From NCBI GenBank assembly GCA_963825055.1, contig CAWGSK010000006.1:1-23861 (forward strand): DNA of 23,861 nt, read 5' to 3'. Position 1 is the stretch's first letter; each line of letters opens with the position of its first letter. Position numbers and translations under genes: made by a program. The stretch comes from an uncultured Gemmatimonadales bacterium. Its GTDB lineage: Bacteria; Gemmatimonadota; Gemmatimonadetes; Gemmatimonadales; GWC2-71-9. This document shows, one piece after another, positions 6,660-18,597 of this stretch. Below the pieces are notes generated by a model that worked only from the letters and a program-made list of their open reading frames with translations, was not told the DNA's origin and made no database searches.

Positions 6660-9419
6660 ATGTCATTGTTCCGTCGTCTGCTCGCGACCGCCCTGGTGCT
6701 GTCCACCGGCGTCGCGCTGCCCGCGGCTGCCCAGTCCACCGGCAGCATCGACATCCCCTACCAGAAGTTCGTCCTGAAAAACGGCCTGACGGTGCTGGTC
6801 CACGAGGACCACAAGGCGCCGATCGTGGCGGTCAATATCTGGTACCACGTCGGCTCGAAGAACGAAAAGCCGGGCCGCACCGGCTTCGCGCATCTCTTCG
6901 AGCACCTGATGTTCAACGGGTCGGAGAACTACAACCACGATTTCTTCGACCCGTTCGAGAAGGCCGGCGCCACCAACCAGAACGGCACCACCAACGAGGA
7001 CCGGACCAACTACTTCGAGAACGTCCCCACCCCCGCGCTGGACATGGCGCTCTGGATGGAGTCAGACCGGATGGGGCACCTCCTCGGCGCCATTGACACC
7101 GCGAAGCTGAACGAGCAGCGCGGGGTGGTGCAGAACGAGAAGCGGCAGGGCGAGAACCAGCCCTACGGCAAGACGGACGAGCTGATCACCGCCGCCACCT
7201 GGCCCGCCACTCACCCCTACAGCTGGACCGTGATCGGATCGATGGAAGACCTGGACGCCGCGAGCCTGGAGGACGTGCGGGAGTGGTTCAAGACCTATTA
7301 CGGACCCGCGAACGCGGTGCTCGCCATCGCCGGCGACATCGACGCCGCCACGGCCCGGCAGAAGGCCGAGCAGTATTTCGGTGATATCCCCTCAGGGCCG
7401 CCGATCTCGAAGCAGGACGTCTGGATCGCGAAGCGGACCGGCGACCACCGGCAGGTGATGCAGGACCGTGTGCCCCAGGCCCGGGTCTACAAGGTGTGGA
7501 ACATTCCGCAGTACGGCGATGCCCAGGCCCGCTACCTGGACCTGGTGAGCGACGTGCTCGGCGCGGGCAAGAACTCCAGGCTCTACAAGCGGCTGGTCTA
7601 TGACGACCAGATCGCCACGGACGTGGCCGCCTACGTGGACCTCCGCGAGATCGGCGGCCAGTTCTACATCCGGGCCACCGCCCGCCCGGGCCAGGACCTG
7701 GGCGCGGTGGAGAAGGCGGTGGACGAAGAGCTGGCCCGCTTTCTGAAGGAAGGGCCGACCGACGAGGAGATGTCCCGGGTCAAGACCCAGTACCGGGCCC
7801 GGTTCGTCCGGGGCGTGGAACAGATCGGCGGGTTCGGCGGCAAGTCGGACGTGCTGGCTCGCGACCAGGTCTACATGAACGATCCTGCCTTCTACAAGAC
7901 CACGCTGGACCGGGTGGCCAATGCTACCGCGGACGACCTGGCCGGCGCGGCCCGCGACTGGCTCTCCGACGGCGTCTACGTGCTCGAGGTGCATCCGTTC
8001 CCGAACTACGCCACGACCGCGAGCACGGTCGACCGCTCGAAATTTCCGGACATCGGGTCCGCGCCGAAGGTGGCGTTCCCGGCCCTCGAGCGGGCCACGC
8101 TGTCCAACGGGCTCAAGATTGTCTTCGCGAAGCGGGACGCGGTACCGGTGGTGAACCTGACCCTGCTGGTTGATGCGGGCTATGCTGCCGACCAGTTCGG
8201 CAAGCCGGGGACGGCGAGCCTCGCGATGAACATGCTGGATGAGGGCACGAAGTCGCGGAACGCGCTCCAGATCAGCGAGCAACTGGCCCAGCTGGGCGCC
8301 AACCTCGGCACGGGGTCATCGCTGGACATGTCCCAGGTGTCCCTCTCGGCGCTCAAGAGCAACCTGGACCAGTCCCTGGCACTCTACGCCGACGTGATCC
8401 TGAACCCCAGCTTCCCGGCCGACGAGTTCGACAGGCTCCAGAAGCAGCAGCTCGCCCGGATCCAGCGGGAGAAGGTGACACCGGTCCAGATGGCGCTCCG
8501 GGTCTTCCCCCGCCTGCTCTACGGGGAAGGGCATGCCTATGGCAATTCCTACACCGGCACCGGGACGGAGGCCAGCGTCAGCAGCATGGCCACGGGCGAT
8601 CTCCAGAAGTTCCACACCACGTGGTTCAAGCCGAACAATGCCACGCTGGTGGTCGTGGGCAACACGACCATGAACGAGATCCGGCCGAAGCTGGAGAAGC
8701 TGTTCAGCGGCTGGAAGCGGGGGGACGTGCCGAAGAAGAACCTGGCGACGGTGAAGATGCCCGAGAAGCCGGTGGTGTACCTGATCGACCGCCCCGGCTC
8801 GGACCAGTCGATCATCTTTGCCGGCAACGTCGCACCGCCCAAGGCGAATCCTGACGAAATCGGCATCGATGTGATGAACGATATCCTGGGCGGGAAGTTC
8901 GGTTCGCGGGTGAACATGAACCTGCGGGAAGACAAGCACTGGTCGTACGGAGCGTTCACGCTCCTGCTGGATGCGCGCGGACAGCGCCCCTTCATCGCGT
9001 ATGCCCCGGTGCAGACCGACAAGACCGCCGAGTCCATGGCCGAGGTCCAGAAGGAACTGGAAGGCATCCTGGGCCAGCGCCCCGTCACGGCGGACGAGCT
9101 GACCACGGCCAAGGCGAACCTGACCCTGACCCTGCCTGGGCGCTGGGAGACGATGGGCGCCGTCGGGGGCTCGATCAACGAAATCGTGACCTACGGGCTC
9201 GACGATCGCTACTGGGACACGTATGGGGCAAAGGTTGACGCCCTCCGGGCCGCTGACGTGGTGCCGGCCGCGAAGAAGGTCGTCGCCCCCTCGCACCTGG
9301 TCTGGGTGATCGTGGGGGACCGGTCGAAGATCGAGGATAAGGTCCGCGCCCTGAACCTGGGCGAAGTGCGGTTCCTGGATGCGGACGGCAAGCCGGCCGG
9401 AGATACGGCGGGGAGGTAA
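6660..9419 (+). CDS. Secreted M16 family zinc peptidase (PqqL/pitrilysin-like, two-lobed)
   Basis: Signal peptide, GFAHLFEHLMF inverted zinc motif HxxEH, second inactive M16 half (LSNGLK...LREDKHWSYG), GGAGG SD. Confidence 0.95.
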   Translation: MSLFRRLLATALVLSTGVALPAAAQSTGSIDIPYQKFVLKNGLTVLVHEDHKAPIVAVNIWYHVGSKNEKPGRTGFAHLFEHLMFNGSENYNHDFFDPFEKAGATNQNGTTNEDRTNYFENVPTPALDMALWMESDRMGHLLGAIDTAKLNEQRGVVQNEKRQGENQPYGKTDELITAATWPATHPYSWTVIGSMEDLDAASLEDVREWFKTYYGPANAVLAIAGDIDAATARQKAEQYFGDIPSGPPISKQDVWIAKRTGDHRQVMQDRVPQARVYKVWNIPQYGDAQARYLDLVSDVLGAGKNSRLYKRLVYDDQIATDVAAYVDLREIGGQFYIRATARPGQDLGAVEKAVDEELARFLKEGPTDEEMSRVKTQYRARFVRGVEQIGGFGGKSDVLARDQVYMNDPAFYKTTLDRVANATADDLAGAARDWLSDGVYVLEVHPFPNYATTASTVDRSKFPDIGSAPKVAFPALERATLSNGLKIVFAKRDAVPVVNLTLLVDAGYAADQFGKPGTASLAMNMLDEGTKSRNALQISEQLAQLGANLGTGSSLDMSQVSLSALKSNLDQSLALYADVILNPSFPADEFDRLQKQQLARIQREKVTPVQMALRVFPRLLYGEGHAYGNSYTGTGTEASVSSMATGDLQKFHTTWFKPNNATLVVVGNTTMNEIRPKLEKLFSGWKRGDVPKKNLATVKMPEKPVVYLIDRPGSDQSIIFAGNVAPPKANPDEIGIDVMNDILGGKFGSRVNMNLREDKHWSYGAFTLLLDARGQRPFIAYAPVQTDKTAESMAEVQKELEGILGQRPVTADELTTAKANLTLTLPGRWETMGAVGGSINEIVTYGLDDRYWDTYGAKVDALRAADVVPAAKKVVAPSHLVWVIVGDRSKIEDKVRALNLGEVRFLDADGKPAGDTAGR

Positions 9420-9443
9420 TGGGAGATCTCGACAAGGCTCACT

Positions 9444-9541
9444 GTGAGTAGTGAGTAGTGTTTCAGGGTGGGTTCGCAGCCGCTGGCCCGACCTCACCCT
9501 GAAGCGCTACTCACTAGTCACTAGTCACTAGTCACTAGTCA

Positions 9542-9544
<3 letters not shown>
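9444..9544. terminator. Long stem-loop built partly of heptamer repeats between the convergent M16 and icd genes
   Basis: 9449-9470 pairs with 9495-9516 (22 bp including 2 G-U). The CTAGTCA x4 array runs into the icd stop. Confidence 0.75.
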
Positions 9545-10798
<1,254 letters not shown>

Positions 10799-10810
10799 TG
10801 TTCGGCCTTG

Positions 10811-10820
10811 TGGTATGATA
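10811..10820. promoter_or_regulatory. Overlapping divergent -10-like elements between icd and aceK
   Basis: + strand TG-G-TATGAT (10811-10819); - strand TATCAT (10820-10815). Confidence 0.45.
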
Positions 10821-10888
10821 GAGGACGTGCGGTCGGGGTCCCGATCCCGGCGACGCTGACTGTACCTAAGATAGGCGTATGGAGGCTC

Positions 10889-12613
10889 ATGGCCACACCT
10901 GCGGAAACTGCCCGGCGCGTCCTCCAGTCCCACACGGCGTATCGCGCGCGCTTCTCGTCGATCACCCGTCGCGCTGAGGATCGATTCCTGTCGCGAGACT
11001 GGCAGGCGGGCCAGGAGGATGCACGTGAGCGCCTCCGCTGCTATGGCGAGGAGGTGGAGCGGGTGGTGGCCGACCTGCGGGAAACCCTCGGTGGCGCGGC
11101 ACGGAACGCGTTCTACTGGCGCGGCGTGAAGTCGGAGTACGGGCGGCTCGTGGCCGGGCGCGGCAATGAGGAGCTCGCCCGCACCTTCTACAACTCCGTG
11201 AGCCGCCGGGTGCTGGGGACGGTGGGGGTCGAGCCGGCGGCGGAATATGTGGGATCCACCCGGGAGCGCCGCCGGGCCCTGGCCGACGAACCCGAGGTGC
11301 ACGTGACGCTCCCCATGGAGGGGGGGGTGGAGGAGGTCGTGGCCTCGTTGCTCGGACGGCTTCCCTTCGCGGCCGGAATGGAGAATCCCGGCCGCGACGC
11401 CGCGCTCGTGGCCTCCGCGCTCCGCCGCGAGCTCCGGACGGAGGAGGAGGGCAGGGAACTGCGGGACCTGCAGATCCTGCCCATGCCGTTCTACCGGAAC
11501 AAGGGCGCCTACGTAATCGGGCGGGCGCGCACCGGGTCGGGACTCTGGCCGTTCGTACTGGCACTGGTGCATCCGCCGGAAGGGGTCCGGGTGGACGCGG
11601 CGCTCTTCGCGTCGGACGAGGTCAGCATCGTCTTCAGCTTCACCCGCTCGTACTTCCATGTGGAAGCCGATCGTCCCCGCGCCATCGTCGCCTTCCTCCG
11701 GAGCATCATGCCGCTGAAGCCGGTGGATGAGCTCTACACGGCGCTGGGACATCACAAGCACGGCAAGACCCTCCTGTACCGCAACATCGTCCGGCACCTC
11801 GAGCAGTCCGATGCCGGCTTCGAGCCGGCCCCGGGGGCCCGGGGGCTCGTGATGGCCGTATTCGCGCTCCCGTCGCTGCACACCGTCTTCAAGGTCATCC
11901 GTGACCGGTTCGGCGCGCCCAAGACCGCGAGCCGGGACGAGGTACGGGCCAAGTACGGCCTGGTCTTCACCCATGACCGGGTCGGCCGGCTGGCCGATGC
12001 CCACGAGTTCGCCGAGCTCGAGTTCGAGCGCGAGCGGTTTGCTCCTGAGGTGCTGGAGGAGCTGCTGACGGAAGCGGGCGAGTCGGTGCGGGTGGATGGC
12101 GGGCGACTGGTCATCCGGCACCTCTACACCGAGCGCCTGGTCACACCCCTCAACCTGTATTTGAAGGATGCCACGCCTGAGGCGGCCCGGGCCGCCATGC
12201 TGGACTACGGACAGGCCATCAAGGACCTTGCCGCCGCCAACATCTTCACCGGCGACATGCTGCTCAAGAACTTCGGCGTCACCCGGCACGGCCGGGTCAT
12301 CTTCTACGACTACGACGAACTCTGCTTCATTACCGACTGCAATTTCCGGCAGCTCCCCGAGGCACGGGATCCGATCGAGGAGATGGCGGCGGAGCCGTGG
12401 TATTCGGTCGGGGAGCATGACGTCTTCCCGGAGGAGTTCCGGGCCTTCTTCCTGCTCCCCGGTGAATTGGGCGAGGTCTTCCGCGAGGCCCACGGCGATC
12501 TCATGACCCTCGAGTTCTGGCAGCGGATGCAGGACCAGGCCCGGGCCGGGGCGGTGCTGGATGTGTATCCGTATCCTCCCTCCCGACGCTTCCAGGGCGA
12601 CGGAATGGCGTAG
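10889..12613 (+). CDS. aceK: Bifunctional isocitrate dehydrogenase kinase/phosphatase, 574 aa
   Basis: [93 protein letters not shown] at 10881-10885. Confidence 0.96.
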   Translation: MATPAETARRVLQSHTAYRARFSSITRRAEDRFLSRDWQAGQEDARERLRCYGEEVERVVADLRETLGGAARNAFYWRGVKSEYGRLVAGRGNEELARTFYNSVSRRVLGTVGVEPAAEYVGSTRERRRALADEPEVHVTLPMEGGVEEVVASLLGRLPFAAGMENPGRDAALVASALRRELRTEEEGRELRDLQILPMPFYRNKGAYVIGRARTGSGLWPFVLALVHPPEGVRVDAALFASDEVSIVFSFTRSYFHVEADRPRAIVAFLRSIMPLKPVDELYTALGHHKHGKTLLYRNIVRHLEQSDAGFEPAPGARGLVMAVFALPSLHTVFKVIRDRFGAPKTASRDEVRAKYGLVFTHDRVGRLADAHEFAELEFERERFAPEVLEELLTEAGESVRVDGGRLVIRHLYTERLVTPLNLYLKDATPEAARAAMLDYGQAIKDLAAANIFTGDMLLKNFGVTRHGRVIFYDYDELCFITDCNFRQLPEARDPIEEMAAEPWYSVGEHDVFPEEFRAFFLLPGELGEVFREAHGDLMTLEFWQRMQDQARAGAVLDVYPYPPSRRFQGDGMA

Positions 12614-12638
12614 GCGTCATCACGGCAATACTCATCGG

Positions 12639-12707
12639 TCCGCCCGTGTCCGCCCTGTCCGCCCTGTCCGCCCGGTCCGCCCTGTCCGCCCGGTCCGCCC
12701 TGTCCGT
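12639..12707 (+). repeat. 9-bp tandem repeat TCCGCCC(T/G)G, six units plus variants
   Basis: Units at 12649, 12658, 12667, 12676, 12685 and 12694; a 10-nt variant at 12639; ends TCCGT. Confidence 0.95.
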
Positions 12708-12870
12708 GTGAAAGCCCGCGCCGGTCGGGCGTCCCTTATTACTGAGGCACGAACCGATCGGGGCTGGCCGCCCCCCCCGGTTCGCCCCCCCCAATCCTTC
12801 TCACAGCGGTCTTGCGGGCGTTGCGTCGGGCGACATACTCGAATCCATGTACCTTCGCCATGAGGTAGTG

Positions 12871-15800
12871 GTGTCGCGCTTTCGACTCAGTGCTGTCCTT
12901 GGGCTTCTGCTCCTGCCATCCGTCGTGGCGGGCCAGAAACCTGCGCCGGTCAGGGCCGGGTTCGGCCTGTTCGATGCCTCCCGCATCAGAGTCAACCACG
13001 TGGACTGCGGTTTGGCCAACATCGGGGCTGTCTGCCAGGATGATGCATACTCGACACTGAACGGAGCGCTTTGGCCCACATCACTCGGCCTGACCTACAT
13101 CTTCAGCTCCGGCCCGTCGGTAGCGGGCATTATCGGGACGGACGGCGGCCCGTGGCAGGGTGACACGACCGGCGCCATGTTCTACGACCCCAGGGGGACG
13201 CAGCAACATGGCGTGGGGCTTACGACGATCTTCAACGCGAGCCGGTCCGCCGACCTGGCCGCCTGGCCCGAGGCGGGGCTGGTGCAGGGCAGCCTGCCAT
13301 ATGACTTCCACGCCGCCGGCCGGAAATCAGTAAGTGAGGGGGACGTCTGGTGGCTCACGTGGGAAGGGGATCCGTGGTACGCGTCCGGGCGGCCGCATCC
13401 GCTCGGCGTGCTGGCGGAGTTCCGAGTGCTGGAGTGGAACTATCCCCTGGGCAACGACGATATCCTCTATGCGGCCGTGACCTATCACAACATTACCTCG
13501 CTCGACCCCGTGGATTACGCCGGCGTCCCGGCGGGGCTCCGGGATTCGCTGATGGTGGTCGCGGCGCGGTTCCACCGGCAGAACGACTCCGCCTATGGGA
13601 TCACCCTCCCCCGGAGTGGTTACACGATCGAACGGATGTACGCCGCATGGAATACCGATCCCGATGTCGGATTCGGGGGTGGGAATTTCAGCAGCGTCAA
13701 CATTCCAATGGGGCTCGCATACGCCTGGAGTGACGGCTTTCAGCAACTCGTCTATCCGCGATACGATCCCGCCGTGTTCGGCGGACCTTTCTTTCCCGGT
13801 ACCGGACTGGTCGGAGTCGGCGTCCTCGGGCCCCCGCTCACCGTTTTTACGGAGACCTCGTACGGCGGAGGGCTGGAAGACCCGTTGAGTATCGGAGAGC
13901 TGTACCGGCGCGCCACGGGGAACTTCGACGCGGCCGGGTTCCCATGCACCTTCGATCCACTCGTTTCGCACATCTGCAGTATCCGCCTGTCCACCCCGTT
14001 TGACATACGACTGTTCCAGGCGGCGGGTCCCCTGACGCTTGCGCCGGGCCAGTCGGCAACCACGATGGTGGCGTTCGTGTTCGCGGCGCCACTCCCTGCC
14101 GCCGGCTGTCCGGGCCTCGGCTGTACCGTGGCCCCGGGCGATTCCGCGATCATCGCCGGCATGTCCGATCCTGCGGTCGTGGCCGCGGGGGTGAACCCGA
14201 TCGACACCATCGCGGGTTTCCTTGGGGCGCAGGACGCGAGTGGGGACGGGGTACTCCAGGGTGACGAGTTCATCACCGAGCCTCGCTCGCTCTACTGGAA
14301 GGCCCAGGTGGCCCAGGCGCTGTTCGACCATCAGTTCCTGCTGCCCCAGGCCCCGGCGGCGCCGGACTTCTTCCTGATTCCGGAGCGGGATGCGGTGACG
14401 GTGGTGTGGCGGCCCAGCATCTCGGAACAGACAGGCGATCCGTACTACGACGTGGCCAGTGGAGCCCGGGTCGATCAACGCACAGGGAGCCTCGGTGCCG
14501 AACGTGCTGTACGACCCGAACTACCGGCAGTTCGACGTGGAGGGATACCGCATCTACCGGGGGCGGGTGGACGACCCGGCGGCGCTGGAGCTGGTGGCGC
14601 AGTTCGACTACTCGGGCACGACCATGTCCGACTACGGCGGCTACGTGAACCCGAACCAGTTCTGCGCGCCGGAACTTGGCGTGGTGTCCGCGTGCGCGGC
14701 CGCCTTCGACTCCATGGTGCCGGGCATCGCGCGCACGGCCCATGTGGACGTGGACATCGGCTGGCAGTTCGTGCAGACCAGGCTTGGTGACCGGACGACC
14801 CTGCCGAACGGCCTGGTGACGGTACTCCACGCCGACACCGTAGGTGGGGCGGCCGGGTATCTCCAGAACACGGGAGTGCCGTTTTCCTGGCGCGACACGA
14901 CGGTCCGGCAGGGCTTCCGGTACTTCTACACCGTGACGGCGTTCGACGTGAACTCGCTTCAGTCCGGCCCGCCCAGCCAGGAGAGCCCGCGCGTGCTCAA
15001 GGCCGTCCGGCCGGAAAGCCGGGCAGGCAATCTCGTGGCGGAGGGTCGCCTGACGGCCACCCATCTGATCGGCCGTGGCGTGGTGTTGGATACGGCGACC
15101 ATCGCCGGTGCCCAGCCGGATACGATCGAGCCGGCCACGGGACGCTTCAAGCACCCCTTCCCACCCGCCTCCAGCTGGGGGCTCTCCTTTTACGCCTATG
15201 TACCGGCCCTCCTCGATTCGGGGAGTGTCCGGCTCACCCTGGACAGCGCCACGCTGGGTTCCCCCTATGACGGTATCCCCCATGTCTACTGGTGGACCAG
15301 CCGGAGCGGGGGAGCGACGACCCATTTCTCCCTGCCGGTTCTGCAACACCAGGAAACCGGGGTCGTGTACGCCTCCGTGCAGGCCAACGCCGTGCCCGTA
15401 GCACCGGCGCTGGCCGGCCAGTACGGCGGGGACGCCGGGTACCGGCTGCCGGTCAACCTGTCCCAGGGTTTACCCGGTGCGGATTATGCCGGACTGTACG
15501 GTCGAGGCTGTGTCAACGGACGCCCCGGGTTCCTCAACGGCTACCAGTACGGTGAGTGCGCCTACAACGGGTCCCGCTGGTTTGACGGCCCCTCGCCCGC
15601 GAAGAACGAGACGAAGGTGCATCCGATCGAAGGCAACCAGGCCAACTTCACTGGCACGCCCGTCACCAACTACAACAACGCGGGCGAACTGTCCGGCGTG
15701 GTCACGATCCATAACACCCAGGCGTATCAATCGGTCGGTGGGGCGGAGTACCGCCCGGTCGAGGGGATCAAGGCGGGCGCCCACCGAGCGGCGGACTTCA

Positions 15801-16687
15801 ATGTCTACTGGGGCAGTGGCGGAAGGGTTGACTCAGTCATCGACATTACGCACAACGTCCCCGTGCCGTTCAGCCCGGACATGGGGTTGAGCTGGGGCAT
15901 CCTGAACGGACCGGCGGCATCACTGCCCGGGTCGTACGACCAGCGCCTGGACCTGACCGGGACGGACATGGGGTGTGTCGAGCCCCTCCGCTCGTACGGG
16001 ACGACCATCTCCTGCGGCAGCGGCGGGCCGCGATACCAGCTCGCCAATGTCGCCGTCCCGTCTTCCATCGCCTTCTTCAGCCCGGTCCTGATCGATGCCC
16101 GCACGGCCCCAGTGGCGCCGAACGCGGGCATCGTGTTCTACCTCGCGGGCGATTTCTTCACGATGGAACTGGCGGGAGGGCAGGTGCCGGCGAAAGGGAC
16201 GGTCTGGTCGCTGCGGCAGTATATCGGCGCCATCACGGGTGGCTCGGGCGACGGGGGCAATTACGGGTCGTATGCGTACTCCAACCCCGAAAGCACCCTG
16301 CCGCTGACGGCGGCCGGGGTGGAAATCGAACTGACCTGGAGCGGGGTAAACGCCTTGCGCGCCCCGATGAAGTCCGACCTGGCATCGGTCCACCCGGTAC
16401 CGGACCCCTACATGTTCGGCAACGCCTGGACGAATGACCAGGCGCTTCCGGTCATCCGGTTCGTGAACCTCCCGGCCGATGCCATCATCCGGATCTACAC
16501 CTCGAGCGGGGTGCTGGTCCGCCTGCTGGAGCACCACAGCACCACCTTTGGTGGCTCGGAGGACTGGGACGTGCGGACCCGCTCGGGCCGCAAGGTGGCC
16601 AGCGGGGTGTACTTCTTCCACGTGGAATCCGGCGACGCCCGCCGCACCGGCCGGATGACCATCGTGAACCCGGACGGGGGGCGCTGA
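12871..16687 (+). pseudogene. Large secreted protein (~1271 aa when joined) with a T9SS type-A-like/FlgD-Ig C-terminal domain, frameshifted at ~14461 (real lesion or sequencing error)
   Basis: Signal peptide after GTG 12871 (GAGG SD). Removing one G in AGT-G-GAG joins ...GDPYYDVAS to EPGSINAQ...LYDPNYRQFDVEGYRIYRG. C-terminus VHPVPDPY...IRFVNLP...IRIYTSSGVLVR...WDVRTRSGRKVASGVYFFHVE. Confidence 0.8.
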
Positions 16688-16762
16688 CGACGCGCCCCCA
16701 TTCCATTACCTTCCGGGGCACGGCCGACGCCGGATGCACTGTGTCCCCCGTCCCGGAAGCGT

Positions 16763-17491
16763 GTGCGACCCCACTACTTCGGTACCGTCATCTTTGACTG
16801 TGACAGCACCCTCGCCACCCTGGAGGGCGTCGAAGCGCTGGCGGGTGACCATCACCAGGAAATCACCGCCCTCACCGAAGCCGCGATGCGCGGCGCGGTG
16901 CCGCTCGAGGAGATCTACGGGCGGCGCATGGGGCTGATCGCCCCCTCGCGCGACCTCATCGACCAGGTGGGTCGCGCGTACGTCGCCTCGCTCGTTCCCG
17001 ATGCCGACATCGTGGTCGAAACCCTGCGCGGCGCCGGCGTGGACGTCAGGGTGCTCTCCGGCGGCCTCCGACCCGCTGTCCTCGCGGTGGCGCGCCACCT
17101 CGGTGTCCCCGATGATCACGTGGCCGCCGTCGACGTCACGTTCGGCGCGTCCGGGGAGTACCGGGGCTTTGACGAGACCTCCCCGCTCGCCCGGGCGGGT
17201 GGCAAGGGCGAGGTCATTCGCCGGTGGCGGCCGGAACTCACCCCTCCCGTCATGCTGGTGGGGGACGGGGCCACCGATCTCGAAGCGCGTCCCGACGTCG
17301 ACTGCTTTCTCGCGTTCATGGGTGTCGCGGATCGCCCCGAAGTTCGCGCCGGCGCCGATGGCGCGATCAACTGCCTCTCGCTCGCCCCCGTCCTCCCCCT
17401 CGTGCTGCCCGATCCGCCGGCTGATGCCCGCGGTCGCGACGCGTGGGAACGGGGCAGGGAGCTCGCACCCGACATGTTCCCCACTTCCTGA
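16763..17491 (+). CDS. serB: HAD-IB phosphatase, probable phosphoserine phosphatase
   Basis: FDCDST (motif I), LSGG, GGK, GDGATD; first gene of the operon with serA. Confidence 0.8.
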   Translation: MRPHYFGTVIFDCDSTLATLEGVEALAGDHHQEITALTEAAMRGAVPLEEIYGRRMGLIAPSRDLIDQVGRAYVASLVPDADIVVETLRGAGVDVRVLSGGLRPAVLAVARHLGVPDDHVAAVDVTFGASGEYRGFDETSPLARAGGKGEVIRRWRPELTPPVMLVGDGATDLEARPDVDCFLAFMGVADRPEVRAGADGAINCLSLAPVLPLVLPDPPADARGRDAWERGRELAPDMFPTS

Positions 17492-17502
17492 CCACGACTG
17501 CC

Positions 17503-18597
17503 ATGACCCAGGCTTCCTATACAGGGCGTTTTTTCCTTCCCGGGCCCACCGAGGTTCGCGCCGAGGTGCTCGAGGGCCAGCTCCATCCGATGATCGGCCA
17601 CCGGGGCAAGGCGATGGAAGAACTCATCGCCCGCCTCCAGCCGATGCTCCAGGACCTTTTCCGTACGGCCCGCCCGGTCTACCTCTCCGGCTCCAGCGCC
17701 ACGGGATTGATGGAGGCCGCCATCCGGAACGGGGTGGACCGCAGGGTGCTCTGCCTGGTGAACGGCGCGTTCAGCGAGCGGTTCTACAGGATCGCGGAGT
17801 CCTGCGGTGTGGAGACGGTCCTGCTCCAGGTCCCATGGGGACAGGGACACACGCCGGACATGCTGGCCGACGCCCTCGCGGCCGATCCGTGCGACGCGGT
17901 CACCGTGGTCCATTCGGAGACCTCCACCGGCGCACTCAACCCCATCAAGGACCTCGCGCGGGTGGCGCACGACGCCGGAGCCGTCCTCCTGGTGGACAGC
18001 GTGACCGGCGTGGCGGGCGCGCCCGTCCTCACGGACGAGTGGGAACTCGACTTCGTCCTGACCGGATCGCAGAAGGCGCTCGCGCTCCCGCCGGGCCTCG
18101 CGCTGGGGGTGGCGCAGGAGGGGATTCTCCGGCGGGCGATGGGGCGACCGGGGCGCGGCACGTATTTCGACCTGCTTGAATTCGAGAAGTACATCCAGAA
18201 GAACCAGACGCCGAATACGCCCCCCGTCTCGCTGCTCTACGCGCTGCTCACGCAGCTGGAGCGGATCCGGGCCGAGACCCTCGAGGCGAGGTGGGCCCGT
18301 CACGCGGACATGGCCGCCAGGGTTGTCGATCGCGTCGCGGAATGGCGGGGCCGGGGGATCGAGGTGGACATTCTCGCGCCGGAAGGATTCCGTTCGCCCA
18401 CGGTCACCTGCCTGACGGTGGGAGGAACCCATACCGGATCGGCCGTGAACGCGGCCATGAAGGAGCGCGGTTTCACCATTTCAGCCGGCTACGGGAAGCT
18501 CAAGGACGCCACCATCCGGATCGGCCACATGGGTGACCATACCGTGGAAGAACTCGACGACGTACTCGACGCGCTGGAGGAGGTGCTCTCCGCATGA
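17503..18597 (+). CDS. Class V PLP aminotransferase (serine-pyruvate/alanine-glyoxylate type), probably acting as phosphoserine aminotransferase
   Basis: FLPGPT, IGHRG, VHSETSTG, LVDSVT, TGSQKALALPPG (PLP Lys), IRIGHMG; lies between serB-like and serA. Confidence 0.88.
   Translation: MTQASYTGRFFLPGPTEVRAEVLEGQLHPMIGHRGKAMEELIARLQPMLQDLFRTARPVYLSGSSATGLMEAAIRNGVDRRVLCLVNGAFSERFYRIAESCGVETVLLQVPWGQGHTPDMLADALAADPCDAVTVVHSETSTGALNPIKDLARVAHDAGAVLLVDSVTGVAGAPVLTDEWELDFVLTGSQKALALPPGLALGVAQEGILRRAMGRPGRGTYFDLLEFEKYIQKNQTPNTPPVSLLYALLTQLERIRAETLEARWARHADMAARVVDRVAEWRGRGIEVDILAPEGFRSPTVTCLTVGGTHTGSAVNAAMKERGFTISAGYGKLKDATIRIGHMGDHTVEELDDVLDALEEVLSA

Noticed and set aside
7392..9497. Long minus-strand ORFs (296, 393 and 209 aa)
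   Set aside because: Antisense shadows of the M16 peptidase gene with no recognisable motifs.
12501..12863. Small ORFs with DRA/RPV repeats
   Set aside because: Translations of the 9-bp repeat, with no SD or coding signature.
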